From Selaginella moellendorffii (lineage: Eukaryota; Plantae; Lycopodiophyta), in NCBI RefSeq assembly GCF_000143415.4, contig NW_003314303.1:1115322-1179321 (forward strand): a DNA stretch of 64,000 nt, read 5' to 3'. The notes under the pieces are model-generated. The model ran no database searches and was not told the origin of the DNA. It saw nothing but the letters and a program-made list of their open reading frames with translations. The translations under genes were made by a program, and so were the position numbers. Below are positions 1 through 12,560 of this stretch, piece after piece (the first letter of the stretch is position 1; every line of letters starts with the position of its first letter).

Positions 1-60
1 TCTGCAGTCAGGAATCCAGTGAGAGTCAGGAATGTGGCAAGAATTGGGGGATTTCTTATA
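1..60 (-). repeat. Start of the chromovirus 3' LTR (partial)
   Basis: Near-identical to 5191-5250 and directly after the PPT. Confidence 0.9.
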
Positions 61-71
61 GCACCCCCTCC

Positions 72-3000
72 TCAAGAACGAGAGGAACGAGGACGTGAAC
101 GTGAACGAAGAGGAGGATGAGATGAGTGGCAAGGGATGGGAGATGGAGAAAAAGAATGGGGACTGGGATGAGAAGGATAGCGGCGGTGGAAGTCCTGAAC
201 AAGGTCAGAAGAATGAATCAGGTTGTCTGCAGGTTCCCAAGTGCGTTCCTCATGTCCATAACCCTTCCAATCGACCAGATAGTAGAGTTTAGACCGTGAA
301 ATCTTGGAATCAAGGATGTCCTGAACCTCGTACTCAGACCCATCCTCGAGCTGCACTGGTGGAGGCGGAGGAATGACCCGATTTGGAATAGGACTGGGAA
401 TATAAGGCTCAAGGAGAGAGGAGTGAAAAACGGGGTGAATTTGATATGAGGAAGGAAGTGCAAGGTGATAAGTGACAGGATTAATGATGGCAGTGATAGG
501 GAATGGACCAAGGCATTTGAAATCAAGTTTTGGACAGGGCCTGGTGGTGGAGATATTTCTCCTGAGGAGCTAGACTTTATCCCCGATATTGTAAGGGGGA
601 CAATCCTGACGATGGATATTGGCAAATGTTTTGTGAGATTCCTGAGCACGATGGAGATGGAAGGAGATGGAGTTGTTGATTTCCTGGAGGTTGGAGACAA
701 ATGCCTCAGAGCAGAGATTTGAACAAGAGGAGTCGGATGGAGAAGGAAGTGAGAGATTAAATCGAGGATTTCGACCAGAGTTCGCAAAGAAGGGGGAAAC
801 TTGAAGAGCGGAGTGAATAGAGTTGTTATAGGAGAACTCAACAAGGGGAAGGATATCAAACCAGTTATCCTGATGATAGTTGATGAAGCACCTCAAGAAT
901 TGTTCTAACGTCTGAATCGTTCACTCGGACTGTCCATCAGTTTGAGGATGATACGCTAAGGAGAGGTTGGCCTTCACTCCTAGCAGTTGCAAAAACCGTT
1001 GCCAGAAATGAGAGATGAACTGAGGTCCCCGATACGAAACCACATCTGCAGAAATCCCATGAAGTTGGAAAATTTCCATGAATACCAGTTTTGCCATGTC
1101 CTCGCCCGAAAACTCCTTGGTACATGGCAGGAAGTGCACCATCTTTGTGAAGCGATCCACCACAACTAAAATGCTATTGAAGCCTCCAGAACTGGGAAGA
1201 TCACTCAAGAAATCCATGGAGATGGATTCCCAAGGACTTGAAGGGACCGGGAGGGATCGAAGCAAACCTGAAGGAAGGTGGCGAGGTACCTTATTCTGAG
1301 CGCAAGTGTCACAGGAGGTAACAAAGGCTTTGATGTAGTCGTCCATGTGAGGCCACCAAAAATCCCGTGCAACCAGCTCATAGGTTTTTGCAATGCCGAA
1401 GTGACCAGCAGTCGGGCTATCGTGGCATGCCATTAGAACCAACCTTCGAGCATCACCTTCAGGAACGTAAAGTTGCTCCCCATGGTACAATAAGCCATCT
1501 AAGAACTCGAACTCGTCAAATCGCCGGCAGTTGGGAGTCACTGGGTGTCCAGCCTGAAGATGGGGGAAAATGTCGTTGGCGAGATCATCTGATTGAAGAT
1601 CGTTTCTGATCGCATCCATCAAGGAGGAGTCCTAAGGGGCTAGGGAAATTGCCATAACTTGAAGCCGATCAGGACCGAGGATAACTTGATCTTGTTGATC
1701 GAAGGCAAGATTACCAGGCCTAAGACTGAGATAGAAGCGCCTTCAAAGAGCATCAGGAAGGCCTTGAAGCTTTCCAGGTCTGTACTTGATAACAAAGTCA
1801 AACCGACTCAGGAATTTTGCCCACCTTGCTTGACGACGGCTCAAAACTCGGGAAGTGGCAAAGTACTCGAGATTTTTGTGATCCATCCAGACCGTTGTTT
1901 GATGGCCTACCCCCTCCAAGAATCGACGCCACTCTCCAAAGGAATCCACAATAGCAAGGAGCTCCTTGTCGTGGATTTCATAATTGATCTCCACCGGCTG
2001 GAATTTCCGAGAATGGAAAGCGACCAGATGAAGTTCTTGATCTGCTCCGAGTTGAGATAGCACAGCACTAATGGCAAAGTCGGAGGCGTCAGCCTTGATG
2101 AAGAAAGGTTGTGAAGGATCAGCATGGATCAAGACGGGAGCAGAACTGAAGGCCGCCTTGAGTGTGTCGAAGGCCTGCTGAGCAGCAGCAGACCAAAAGA
2201 AGGGAACATCCTTGCGAGTGAGATGCGTGAGAGGAAGGACAATGTCAGAGTAGTGATCAATGAATTTGCGATAGAAGTTGGCTAAGCCAAGGAAAACCTG
2301 AACGTCCGACATTGATTGGGGAAGCTCCCATTCGAGAATAGTCTTGACTTTGGCAGGATCCATCGTGATACCCTCAGGAGTGATAATGTACCCAAGGAAC
2401 TCCACAGACTGCTGATCGAAGAAACATTTCTCAAGCTTTGCGTATAGGCCGTGTTCTCGCAACTTCGCCAACACCTTACGTACATGTTCGTCGTGCTCCT
2501 CCTGAGTTTTTGAGTAGATGAGGATGTCATCGAGGTAGACGATCAGCATCTGATCAAGAAACTCCCGAAAGATGTCGTTTGCCATGTGTTGAAAAACTGC
2601 TGGAGCATTTGTCAAGCCAAATGGCATGACAGTGTACTCGAAGTGGCCATAGCGGGTTCGGAACGCAGTCTTCCATTCATCACCAGGCCGGATCCAGATT
2701 AGGTTGTATGCTCCACGGAGGTCGATCTTGGTGAAGAAGCAGGCACCGCCGAGGCGTTCCAACAGGTCCGAGATTAGGGGTAGCGGATAACGGTTCTAAA
2801 CAGTCACCTTGTTCAAACCTCGGTAGTCGATGACTAGCCGCAAACTCCCGTCCTTCTTCTTGACAAAGAAGACAGGTGCTCCAGCCGGGGACTGTGAATG
2901 CTGAATATACCCTGAGGCAAGGTTCTGATCCACGTACTCTTTGAGGGCCTGAAGCTCAGACGGGGATAACCCGTAGATAGGCCCCCACAGAGGTGACACT

Positions 3001-3845
3001 CCTTCCTGTAAATCAATGGGACAGTCATAAGGCCGATGAACAGGCAAGACACTAGCTTTTTTTTTGTCAAACACATTTCCAAATTCATGATACTTCTCAG
3101 AAAGACTGACAGGAGAAACATGCAAAGCAAAAAGGAAAAGAGGTTCTTCATGAAGGAGTTCTTTCATAGTGATTGTGGAGATAGGAGAAGGCATACGACT
3201 AAATGGAATGATGAGACGAGGATATTGTCCAGTGGAAGATGGAAGAGAGGAAAAAGAAGAGGGTGAAAACTTCGTAGAGTCAGGAATAGATCCCCGATTT
3301 GAGTTTAGGGAACCTTTCCTGATTCAGACTCGATGAACAGCAGGGGAAGCCATGGAAGATGGTGATGTGGGAGAGACGAGCTTTAATTCCTTCTAACAAA
3401 TCTGAGGCTGATGTAGTTGGAACCAAGGGAGGCCAAGCACCACAGAGGAGGACTTGCTGTTGATGATGTTGAAGGCGATATCGGTGACGGTGGAGCCGAT
3501 GTGTACTTGAACGGGCAATGTTTCCCTAAGTCCAGAAGAGGGAGACACAAAATGCCCGCCAATACCTTCAACCCGCAGATCCCGTATGGTAGGAGAAAGA
3601 GGAACGTGATGTCGGGCAGCAAAGTCCGTGTCCATGAAGCAGGAAGTTGCACCCGAGTCCAGTAGCGCTAGAGCCTTGAGTCCTGATTGTCCGGTGAAAG
3701 AAAGGAGACATGGGATGCGGAAGTTGCGGGAATTGGTGGTGGCTTTGATGAAAGGTGGTGAGGAGCTTGATAAAGAAGAGAAGTGATTTTTATTCGGGGA
3801 GTCCAAACAGACAGCTCCTACTCTGTTTGGACAGGGTCGTTTCCC
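72..3845 (-). pseudogene. Retrotransposon pol (PR-RT-RH-INT-chromodomain), disrupted
   Basis: ORFs 3393..3911, 2796..3194, 1743..2762, 921..1622, 570..896 and 72..356 (EYEVQDILDSK...YLVDWKGY...TWEP chromodomain). Confidence 0.93.
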
Positions 3846-4790
3846 GATTGCAACAGAGGTGGACTTTGAGGTAGAGTGAACTCGAGCAGTTGGGGAGGCT
3901 TCTTGGGACACACAGCTGCTTTGTGATTAGGATCAGCACAGTAGAGGCAAAGATTATGAAGTATTCGACGTTGCTTCTCAGCAGGACTCAACTTCCCTCT
4001 AATGAGTCAGGGAGTACCAGAAATATCCATCGGGACCGGAGCAGTAGGTTCAGGAGTATGCCCTGAAGACTCAAACTGGGATTCTTGAGTCTGGGACGGG
4101 AAAACGGCGGCACAGCGACTTTCCTGACGACATTCAAAGAGACGATTGTCGCATCGAACAGCTTTGTTGATGGCGTCCGACAAGTCCGTGGGATCCTCCA
4201 TGGTGAGCAACAAATCCTTGACACCATTGTTGAGGCCGAAACGAAATTGATCAATCAGGACCCGCTCATCCCACTGAGTGTCCAAGGCAAGGACTTGGAA
4301 CTCTGCAGCATAGATCAAGGTAGGACGAGACCCTTGAGAAAGATGTCTCATCTTTGTGGTGGCAGCCCGAACCCGATCCGTCTCGCCAAAACATGCTTCG
4401 AGCTTCTCTTTGAACAATTGAAGATCCATCAGCTTCGGAACCACGACCCCTTTCATGCTCTTCTCCAGGAGAGGAGAAAACCATGACAAAGCTGCACCTT
4501 CGAGCAATGTCCCAATCGCACCGATTTGAGACTCGGGAGTGGGGTACTGCCGATGTTGAAGTGCGAAGATCAGCTCCATCTGGTTCAGGAATCTGCGAAG
4601 CTCCGAACGCTTCCCTGAAAATTTCGCCAGGAAACTCACCTTCGGTTCAGGAACTTTGCTGGATCCTTGAGCCGAAAGTGAAGCAAGTTCTTGCTGCATG
4701 CGAAGAAGGGTCGCCTTCAGCTCGGTATTCTCAGACTGGATTTTTGCAAGGACTTCAGCAAAGAAATCAGGATGGCATGGAGACTCTATT
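3818..4790 (-). pseudogene. Retrotransposon gag (PEG10/sushi-like capsid plus zinc knuckle), interrupted by premature stops
   Basis: ORF 4007..4840 (PEPKVSFLAKFSGKRSELRRFLNQ...), then NLCLYCADPNHKAAVC; natural TAG at ~3818-3820. Confidence 0.88.
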
Positions 4791-4888
4791 GGAAAAGAAG
4801 AAAGAAAAAAGAGGGAAAAAAGGCAAAGGCAATCAAACAATCAAAACAAGCTAAAGCAAAAAACGAAAAACCACAATCTGAATCAAAC

Positions 4889-5250
4889 TGTCAAGACCCC
4901 CAACAAGATCAAGACTAGAAAATGCAAAAGACAAAGAGAAAAGATAGTGAATAACAAAGAAGAGGCCTTAGACTGGTGTTGATTCAGATTGTGGAAAAAT
5001 GGAACAAGGCTAACCTATATATACTATAGGTTGATGAAGCTCCACCACTCTTAGATCGAGAACGGCCTAAATATAGCTGAGGTCGAGGAGGTGCCACATC
5101 ATCATCAGGAATCTGGCTCGAGACTCAAGAATTGTACAGGAAGTCAGAGAGTCAGGAATAGGGAAGTGTCTCGAGAGTCAGGAATGTGATCTACAGGTCA
5201 GGAATCCGGTGAGAGTCAGGAATGTGGCAAGAATTGGGGGATTCCTAACA
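4889..5250 (-). repeat. 5' LTR of the chromovirus (TGT...ACA, ~362 bp)
   Basis: Begins TGTTAGGAATCCCC and ends GGGGTCTTGACA on the minus strand; matches 1-60; TATA at ~5015-5023; repeated GTCAGGAAT motifs in U3. Confidence 0.9.
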
Positions 5251-7805
5251 TTAAGATCCAACTATGAGAGAGATTTAAGGCATGAGATATACATGGAATT
5301 TAGATAACCTTGAGAGTGTGTTTGCATTGTTGGGGGTGCCCTCCCCCCAACAAATGGTGAACCTAGCACATACAAGCTTTTTTATTGGAGTTTCTTGGAG
5401 AAAGATTGAGTTTTGAGGGCTCTTTTCTGAGTGTATTTTTTTATATTTGTGATGCGTTGGAGAGCTTAGAATCTCCTCTTTTGCAAGAAGATAGGAGATA
5501 TTTGGGTTTTTTAGTCATGCGACACTTCAAGCTTCCATCACTTGGTTCATGGTTTATGAAAAGATTTGTCTTGTTAGTAGCACTCTGAGGAGTTCTACCA
5601 TTTTTCACAATCCCACCACCATCCCCATTCAATCCTGTGAGTTTGAGAGATTTCCATCTTGGTTTTTCTATTTCTAATTTGAGATGAGTGGCATTTCGGC
5701 ATGTTTTGTCATGGTTTCCTAGAGTTGTTAGTAGATTTTCTTGTCTAGGGTTTGGGTTAGCTTGCTGGAGAGACTTTTTGGTTGTTCATATAGCATTTTT
5801 TGTTCATCTTTCATGTTTATTTCTTCTTTTACGCTTATTAGAGGGATTTGCCTTATGTGAGAGGATTCTCTATGATCATTTTCTGGTGAGTATGAGTGTG
5901 TTTTAGTGCTTTGAGTGGTCTTGAGGGATCCACATTTTTCTTCCAACCCTGACAATTACTTAGAGGCAGCATTTGAAGCATACACAGCATTTGATGCTTG
6001 TTCAAGCTTGTGCTCATAGATCTGCTCAGCCAAAAGTGTTCTTTCCATAGCACATTCCTTTAGGAAAGTTTTCAAAAATCATGAAAGAGCTCAAATTTCC
6101 CCTCCCCCACAGCACATGCCATTTATGGGTATTTACTGCTATCTACCTTTCAACATGGAACCTCCTATTATCCATGTTCTCCAGTGCTCCATGGAGATGC
6201 CACAGTTCACTCCTGGACAAGGTGTTGATGATGAAGAATACATATAATGTTTTGCCACCGATATTGCACATAATTATATCAATGACAATAATCTCAGCCA
6301 TGAGCATTTCTTGTTTTTACTTTTTGGTAAAGCCCATGAGTGGGCACCTTCACTCCTCCCCACAGAGCGGTCATACCTGTGATAAGAAAGTTTTGCATGA
6401 AATTTAGGAACAAGAAGACTAATCAACAACTCTATTCAAAACTTTTCTTTTTCTGGCAGTGATACAATGACAGCATTGTGGATTATGTCATTTGTTTCAA
6501 GCATCATTGGAAGGCATGCCTTGCTTAGAACCTCATAAGTACAAGATCTAGTTATCTTTGCATTTGTTCAAGGTCTCAAGTCGATGATTTAACACAAAGT
6601 TTTCATAGTATATACCAATACCTTTGAGCATGCCAAGAAGTTAGAGCAAGAGTATCTCTAGAACTTGTCATCTCACCCAACACTAAGGGTAATTGTCCAC
6701 CAGTCAAATAGCTTCTAGTGTCCCAATAGCTCCAATCAAGGAGAAACTCCCACCTACAATTGCATAGGTACTAGACAAGCTTCAAACTTAGAAGTAGCTA
6801 TCCAGTAGTAGCAAAAGTAGTATGATAAGTTGTTAGAGGAGTTGAGATCACTCAAGCTCCAACCTTAGGCCACACACCAATTCTTTTGAGATATATTTAA
6901 CCTATATAGAAACAACATCGAAATGGGTTTTTAATTTTCCTAAATGGTGACTTTGCCCGTGAAGGTTTGAATCCTAGTTGTAATATGAAAGATGGTTAGC
7001 ATCTTGGTTTTTATTTTAATAACTTGTATTAGCACCTCCAGTTTGTTGTAGATATTATATACTTTGTAAGATTCTCAATAGCAATTAAATCAGCTAAAAT
7101 TTTACAAATATATATAATAATAATATAGAGTAAAATAAAAAATTATTAAAAATTTATATTCTAGAAATATATTTTCTAGAATACATGTTAAACTTGATTA
7201 TATTCTGAATTTTTATAAAGAAATAAGCTGGTATATATTTTTTATACATTTTTATTACTTTTTATGACTAAATGCAAAAGGTCTAAATTTTACATCTATT
7301 TTTCTTTTTAAAATAAACTATAAACTATACCATAAAACATACTTTAATAAACTATATAGTAAGAACCCCCAACAAGCTTCCTACCAAACCAAGTGTTTGC
7401 CATGCTGAAACTAACAAAGAATAAATGAAGTTTTACTAATAAATCTTAATTGTGGCATTAATTGTTTCCAAACAATTCTCTATCTTTCAAACAGCTTTAT
7501 GAGGGCTAATAGTTGATAATCTAGAACAGTAGAAAAAACTCTTATTCTGTGAATCTGTTGGTGCCCTAAAGCTATATTAAGTCTTAACTTATATTAATAT
7601 TAAAAGGTCTAAATGGGCTTATCTCTTGCCATGAAAGAAACCAAGTACCACAAGTAGAGTGGGAATTCTAGCAATTTGGCCTAGATTATTTAACAAGGGC
7701 ATGGAGGCTTTATGATATAAATGAGTCCTCCAAGTACTTATCCTAAAGGTTTTCTTGCACCTCTTCATCTCTGCTAACAAGTTCCTGGGCATTGCAGTTG
7801 TAGCT

Positions 7806-9071
7806 TGAAGAGAAGAAGAGCGGAAGCTACGATGGACAAGGATGACTCTCCGGATAGTCGTATATAATATCAAAGATATATATACATGATGAAGAGACAT
7901 ACCTCTAGCCTACACCTGGATCAGTGAAGTGGCACTCCTGCCACCTAGGATCATGTCATAGAGAGCGTATACCTCAACACTCCCTCTTGATCTCAATGAC
8001 ATGAATCTGAGATCACTCTCCCTGTGCATCCAAGCACTCTGTCATATCCTCGACAGAAATCTGTCTCTGCTCAGTGCCTCCTCTCAACGCCTCTGCCAGC
8101 ACCTTCTCACACTAGTGCCTCACTCAACGCTCCAGTGGAGTCTCTGCTCGGCCAGCCCTTGGTGCCTCGTGCCTCTACGCCCGGCACTCACCTCTGGCTA
8201 GTCTCTGCGGTGTCTCGCACGCCCTAGCGCCTCGTTCATGGCCTCTGATCGCAGTCTGCCAGCGCCTCTGCCAGCGCCTCAGCGCCTTGCTCAGCGCCCT
8301 AATGCAATCTCTCCGCCTCTTGGCACCTTGCCTCCTCTCAGCGCCTCTGCCAGCACCTCTCTGCTCATGCCTTGCACCACTCTCTCAGGGTCGCTCTCTC
8401 ACACCAGCACCTCACTCAGCGCTCCGGTGCCTCAAGCCAGCCCTCATCGTCTCAGCCTCGATCAAGCCTCCTCGGCCAGAGTCCTAACGGCTCTCTCCCT
8501 CTGGTATGGAGCCCTCTCACAGCCCAGCACTTGGCATTGCCTCTGCCTGCTTGCCTCTGGACAGCGCCCCAGCACTCCAATCCCTCGCACCTCTGCCTGC
8601 AGCCCTCGGTGTTTCGCGCCTCTACCCTACAGGGTGCCCAGCGCTCACCTCTGCTCGGCCAGTGCCTCGTACCAGCCCTCTCTCAGCACCTCTGCCAGTG
8701 CCTCCTCCGGGTCGGTCTCTGCTCGATCACGCCCAAGCGCCTTGCTCAACTCGCTAGTGCCGTTATCTTGGCGCTCAGTGCAGCACAGTGCCAAATCTTG
8801 GCACCTCTCAGCCATGTCCGGTGGCTCATCGTCATCCTCGTTGGCCTCCTCCTCGGCCAGTGCCATCGTCCCAGGATCTGAAGCCCTCAGGGCTCCGATA
8901 CCATGAAGAGAAGAAGAGTGGAAGCTACGATGGTGGATGACTCTCGGGATAGTCGTATATATCATAGCTATATATACATGATGAAGAGACACGCCTCTAG
9001 CCTACACTTGGATCAGTGAAGTGGCACTCCTGCCACCTAGGATCATGTCATAGAGAGCGTATACCTCAACA
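7806..9071 (-). mobile_element. Non-autonomous small LTR retrotransposon (TRIM-like), 1266 bp
   Basis: Direct repeats 7806-7979 and 8904-9071 with TG...CA ends; 5-bp TSD TAGCT (7801-7805, 9072-9076); tRNA-iMet-type PBS TGGTATCGGAGCC at 8891-8903 (-); PPT AAGAGGGAG at ~7980-7988 (-); no RT or integrase. Confidence 0.93.
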
Positions 9072-9269
9072 TAGCTGGCCATTGCGGCTGTGCAGCCATG
9101 GCCAGCTGTGTCTGGCTCATGGCAACGGCTGAGACTAGCCAAGGTGGCCTGCTCCAAGCTCTAACAGAGTTGACTACAGTATGGTGACCACATACAATGC
9201 ATTGTCATAGTTCGAAGTATGAAAAAAATCATTTTAAGTTTTCATTTTTAAGGGTTTTACTGCATCATT

Positions 9270-9400
9270 TCTGACTGATGCCCATCCCAATAACTTTTCT
9301 TGCTGCTGCCAAGGTCCAGAATGATATGTTGTGAGCTGCCCATGCTAGAGAGAAATCTCGCAAGCTCAATCCTAATATATCAGCACCTTATGTGAAACTT
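9270..9400 (+). pseudogene. Small PPR gene relic (PLS/E-motif fragments)
   Basis: Fragments resembling P..ITFLAAAK and EKSRKLNPNISAPYVKL (E motif). Confidence 0.4.
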
Positions 9401-11816
9401 TTGTTGTTTGTTTTTCTCAAGCCAGCTATCTTTCTTGGAGAAAGATAGCTGGAGAGTGCCATAGCTAGCTCTCTCTGTGAACCATAACAACACTTGGAAT
9501 CCCATACAGATTCAGCCGAGACAGCTGTGACAATCAGACCCACGCATGGATCCCATCCCACAATCATTCATGTGATCTGGCTAACTCACCCAGTAATCCT
9601 TGGCAGCATTTCTGCCTCGTGAACTTGTTTGATTGATGAGTGAGCCCTGCCAAGAGAGCATGCTGCCACATTTTTGGAGTGCTCATCAAAGCAGGGAATG
9701 GTGACTCAAGAATTGGGCCCATCCTTGCTTGCTGTTGTCTCAGAAGCCCTAATGCCATGCTGTGGTGAAACCCATGGCTGGGGAATCTCAGGCTGCTGTG
9801 CAATGCACCCTAGCAGCAATCTTGTGAGTCATTACCGTGGCTGCTATGGATTGCCAGCATGTTGTGTTGCTTCGAAATGAGAGAGTATAACAAGATTTAA
9901 AATTTACACATAATTTGGAATGAATATTAATTTGTATTACAGAAAAAGAAATTAAAATATACTATTTCTGATTGTTGTGATTTCCAGGACTAAATTTCTT
10001 GGTGTCTCAAAATGGATAATAATATTTGCCTCATTCAATAGAAAGAATCTTATTGGTTTTGAAGACAGACAAAGGGCAATCTTTTTTTGAGAACTCCATA
10101 GCAAACTTAACCATAGACCCACCCTTCATCCAAATTATAAATTTTATCCACCATTTTATCAGCTTTATATTCCATCTTGTCATCTATTATTATAGTTGGA
10201 TGGGATGCCTTTTATACTTTCCACAAATAACAAAACCATTTTCCTTCTCCTCTAACATTGTGAAAGAGCAAAATGAGCAAAGACTTTCAACTTGAGTGAG
10301 GCTTTGTTGGTTGTCAGAGATGAAATATCCACTTAATTGAAAGGTTAGAATGGAAAAGAAATATAAAAAATTTACATTACCTTGCCTTTAAAAGTGAGGC
10401 CATAGTACTTTTTATAAACTGTATTGAGCCTCTAAATTTCATTTGAGTTGACTAGTGCTAAGAATAAAGTACTTCCAAGTGTTGCTAAATCATCCAATAC
10501 ACTCATATGCTTTTCATAATATTAAAAAATAAGAACTTTGGCATGTATCTAGCATATAGATCCTCATGCTTCAGGTGCACATAGAATTATGAATAACATC
10601 TTAGAAATGGAAAACTAAACAAAAAAAAACATTACTATAGTCACATCCAAAAGATTATCCAAAGAAGCAATTTTTATTTCAGGAAAAACACTAATGTTGA
10701 TTGCAACAGCATGTATAGCTTATCAATAAAGTATAGTAGCCATCAAAGATGATATAGAAGCATCTTTAGTTGGTTGCAATCTTAGTTTAACATCAAAACT
10801 ATCTATAATTTGAATGATAAAAGAATTTGTAATATAAAGATAAGTTCCATGGTAGAAAATGGAGTTCTTCTATCATTCGGAAGAGAATTATAATCTTGTT
10901 AATTTTTAACAAATAAATTACAAACCTTGTAGGTGAGAAGCACTTTAAACCTCTTACATAATTAGGGTTTGCAAGGTATGTATATTTGCATAATCCATTA
11001 TATAAGCAGGGTATTTTGCACTTGGCAGAGTATAAGATGCACAGAAAATGAACTTTATAAGATAACTTTATAACTTTATAAGGTTTTCAAGATGAACTTT
11101 ATAAGTTCCATACCTAGGTAAAAATCAAATCAAAATTAAAGAAAAAAAAGGATTTCAAAACCATAGGTAGATAAAACCTTAAGTTGAATTTTTTTTTTTC
11201 AAAGACAAGTGATGTAATAGTAGCTTTTAGGATGGTTGGCTTTGTCCTCTTTATTTGTCAAATTACAAAACTAAAAGGAAAGAAATGAACAAAAAACTTC
11301 ATAAGAACTCATATTTTATTGACAAATCCTTAGCTATTATTTAATGTAAAGTCTTCAGTATGGACTTCTCTAAAGGTCACCCATAACAATACTACTTAAA
11401 CCCAAAAGTGCTCAATTCCACATATTATAAGATGATAATTCCTCAACAACAAGATTGCGTGACAAGTAACATCCATAGGGGTATCAAATCTAACATATCT
11501 ATGTGATTGAATCTATGATAGTAAAAATAGCTAAAAATAAACTAGTCTTTACTTTGAAGAATCAAGAACAAAAAACAAAAACAATTGAGCAAAAAAGTAG
11601 AATCCCGTCAACTTATTCCACATTTCTAGGTTTAGAGTTAACATGGCCCGGCTGAGTTCCCCTTGATCCTCTCGATTCTATTCCCAATCGTATTTCCTAG
11701 AAAGATTTTGTGGTGGGCACTCTTGCAGGATTACGGTGCCCTGATTTCGTGCCTCCAGCAATGATCTCTGGGATGGGCATTGATGCAGTGATCAGCCGCA
11801 CAGAGTGGTATTCCCG

Positions 11817-12560
11817 TTACTTATTGAGAGTGTTTATCCACATTTCCAATCCTGGAACAAAGCTCACAAGATGAATCCTTGCAATGAACATGAGAGCTTT
11901 GTAGAGGAAGCAAATCTTGTAGCTTTGCTTGTAGACGCAATGAGCCTCCGGTTCTTGATCCTCGATTCTCTCTGCTAAGAAATGCAAGATCAAAAGCTTG
12001 TGGAGGCTTGTATAGCTAGAAATGTTTGGAAGTTTGCAAGAAGTACAAGTTACTGTCTTGCTATCTTGTCTTGTCAAAGGATCAATCTCTTGCAGCCAAA
12101 GTCAGAAATGGCGAGCGTGATCCATGAATCCAGCACAGCTGCAAGCACTCAAAAGAGTGCAAAAGGTGATGGCGTCCAGCTAACAAGATCCATCCAGCCT
12201 CATCTCCCAAAACATCTCCAGAGACTCCTTGCTTCTTCCATTCTGAGTGTAGCAAGAAAAGGTTGAGTTCCAGGACACAATATCACAATGGTGTTCCATC
12301 CACAGATCCCAGAATACTAGTACAGCGGACTTGAGTCTTCACACCGCCGTACATGGAGATTAACACATTTCCATGCTTGCAATGGTGAGAGTGGAGAGAC
12401 TTGGCTTGTGGCAAATTCCCCATGCCAACACAAGTATCGATCATTGCCAGGTAGTTGAGATTGTTGAGCTTGACACCAGTTTGATCCATGAGCTTGAAAC
12501 TCTAAGAGCTCCCTTGCCATTGCCACTTTAGACGTAGGCTCCAATCAATGCATTGTAAGT
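11817..12560 (-). pseudogene. PLS-class PPR pseudogene fragment
   Basis: MDQTGVKLNNLNYLAMIDTCVGMGNLPQAKSLH...GNVLISMYG; E/E+-like remnants (AERIEDQEPE, VPGLEMWI); broken frames. Confidence 0.65.

Larger units (their letters stand above)
1..5250 (-). mobile_element. Ty3/gypsy chromovirus LTR retrotransposon (Tcn1/Tf1-sushi-like), decayed; 3' LTR runs off the window start
   Basis: Minus-strand order gag (CX2CX4HX4C at ~3910-3955), protease (LLDSGAT), RT (YLDD), RNase H, integrase (HHCC, SISMDF, HPQTDGQSE), chromodomain. 5' LTR 4889-5250; positions 1-60 match 5191-5250; PPT GAGGAGGGGGTGC at 61-73; several in-frame stops. Confidence 0.96.

Noticed and set aside
5328-6900. Possible older retroelement (TGTTGGGGG..CCCCCAACA then TGGTGAACC, faint gag-like stretch at ~6500-6700)
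   Set aside because: No second LTR, no assignable tRNA match and no convincing domain; too degraded to call.
8238-8906. Plus-strand 222-aa and 169-aa ORFs in the TRIM core
   Set aside because: Antisense to the element; low-complexity pyrimidine-rich repeat with few stop codons.
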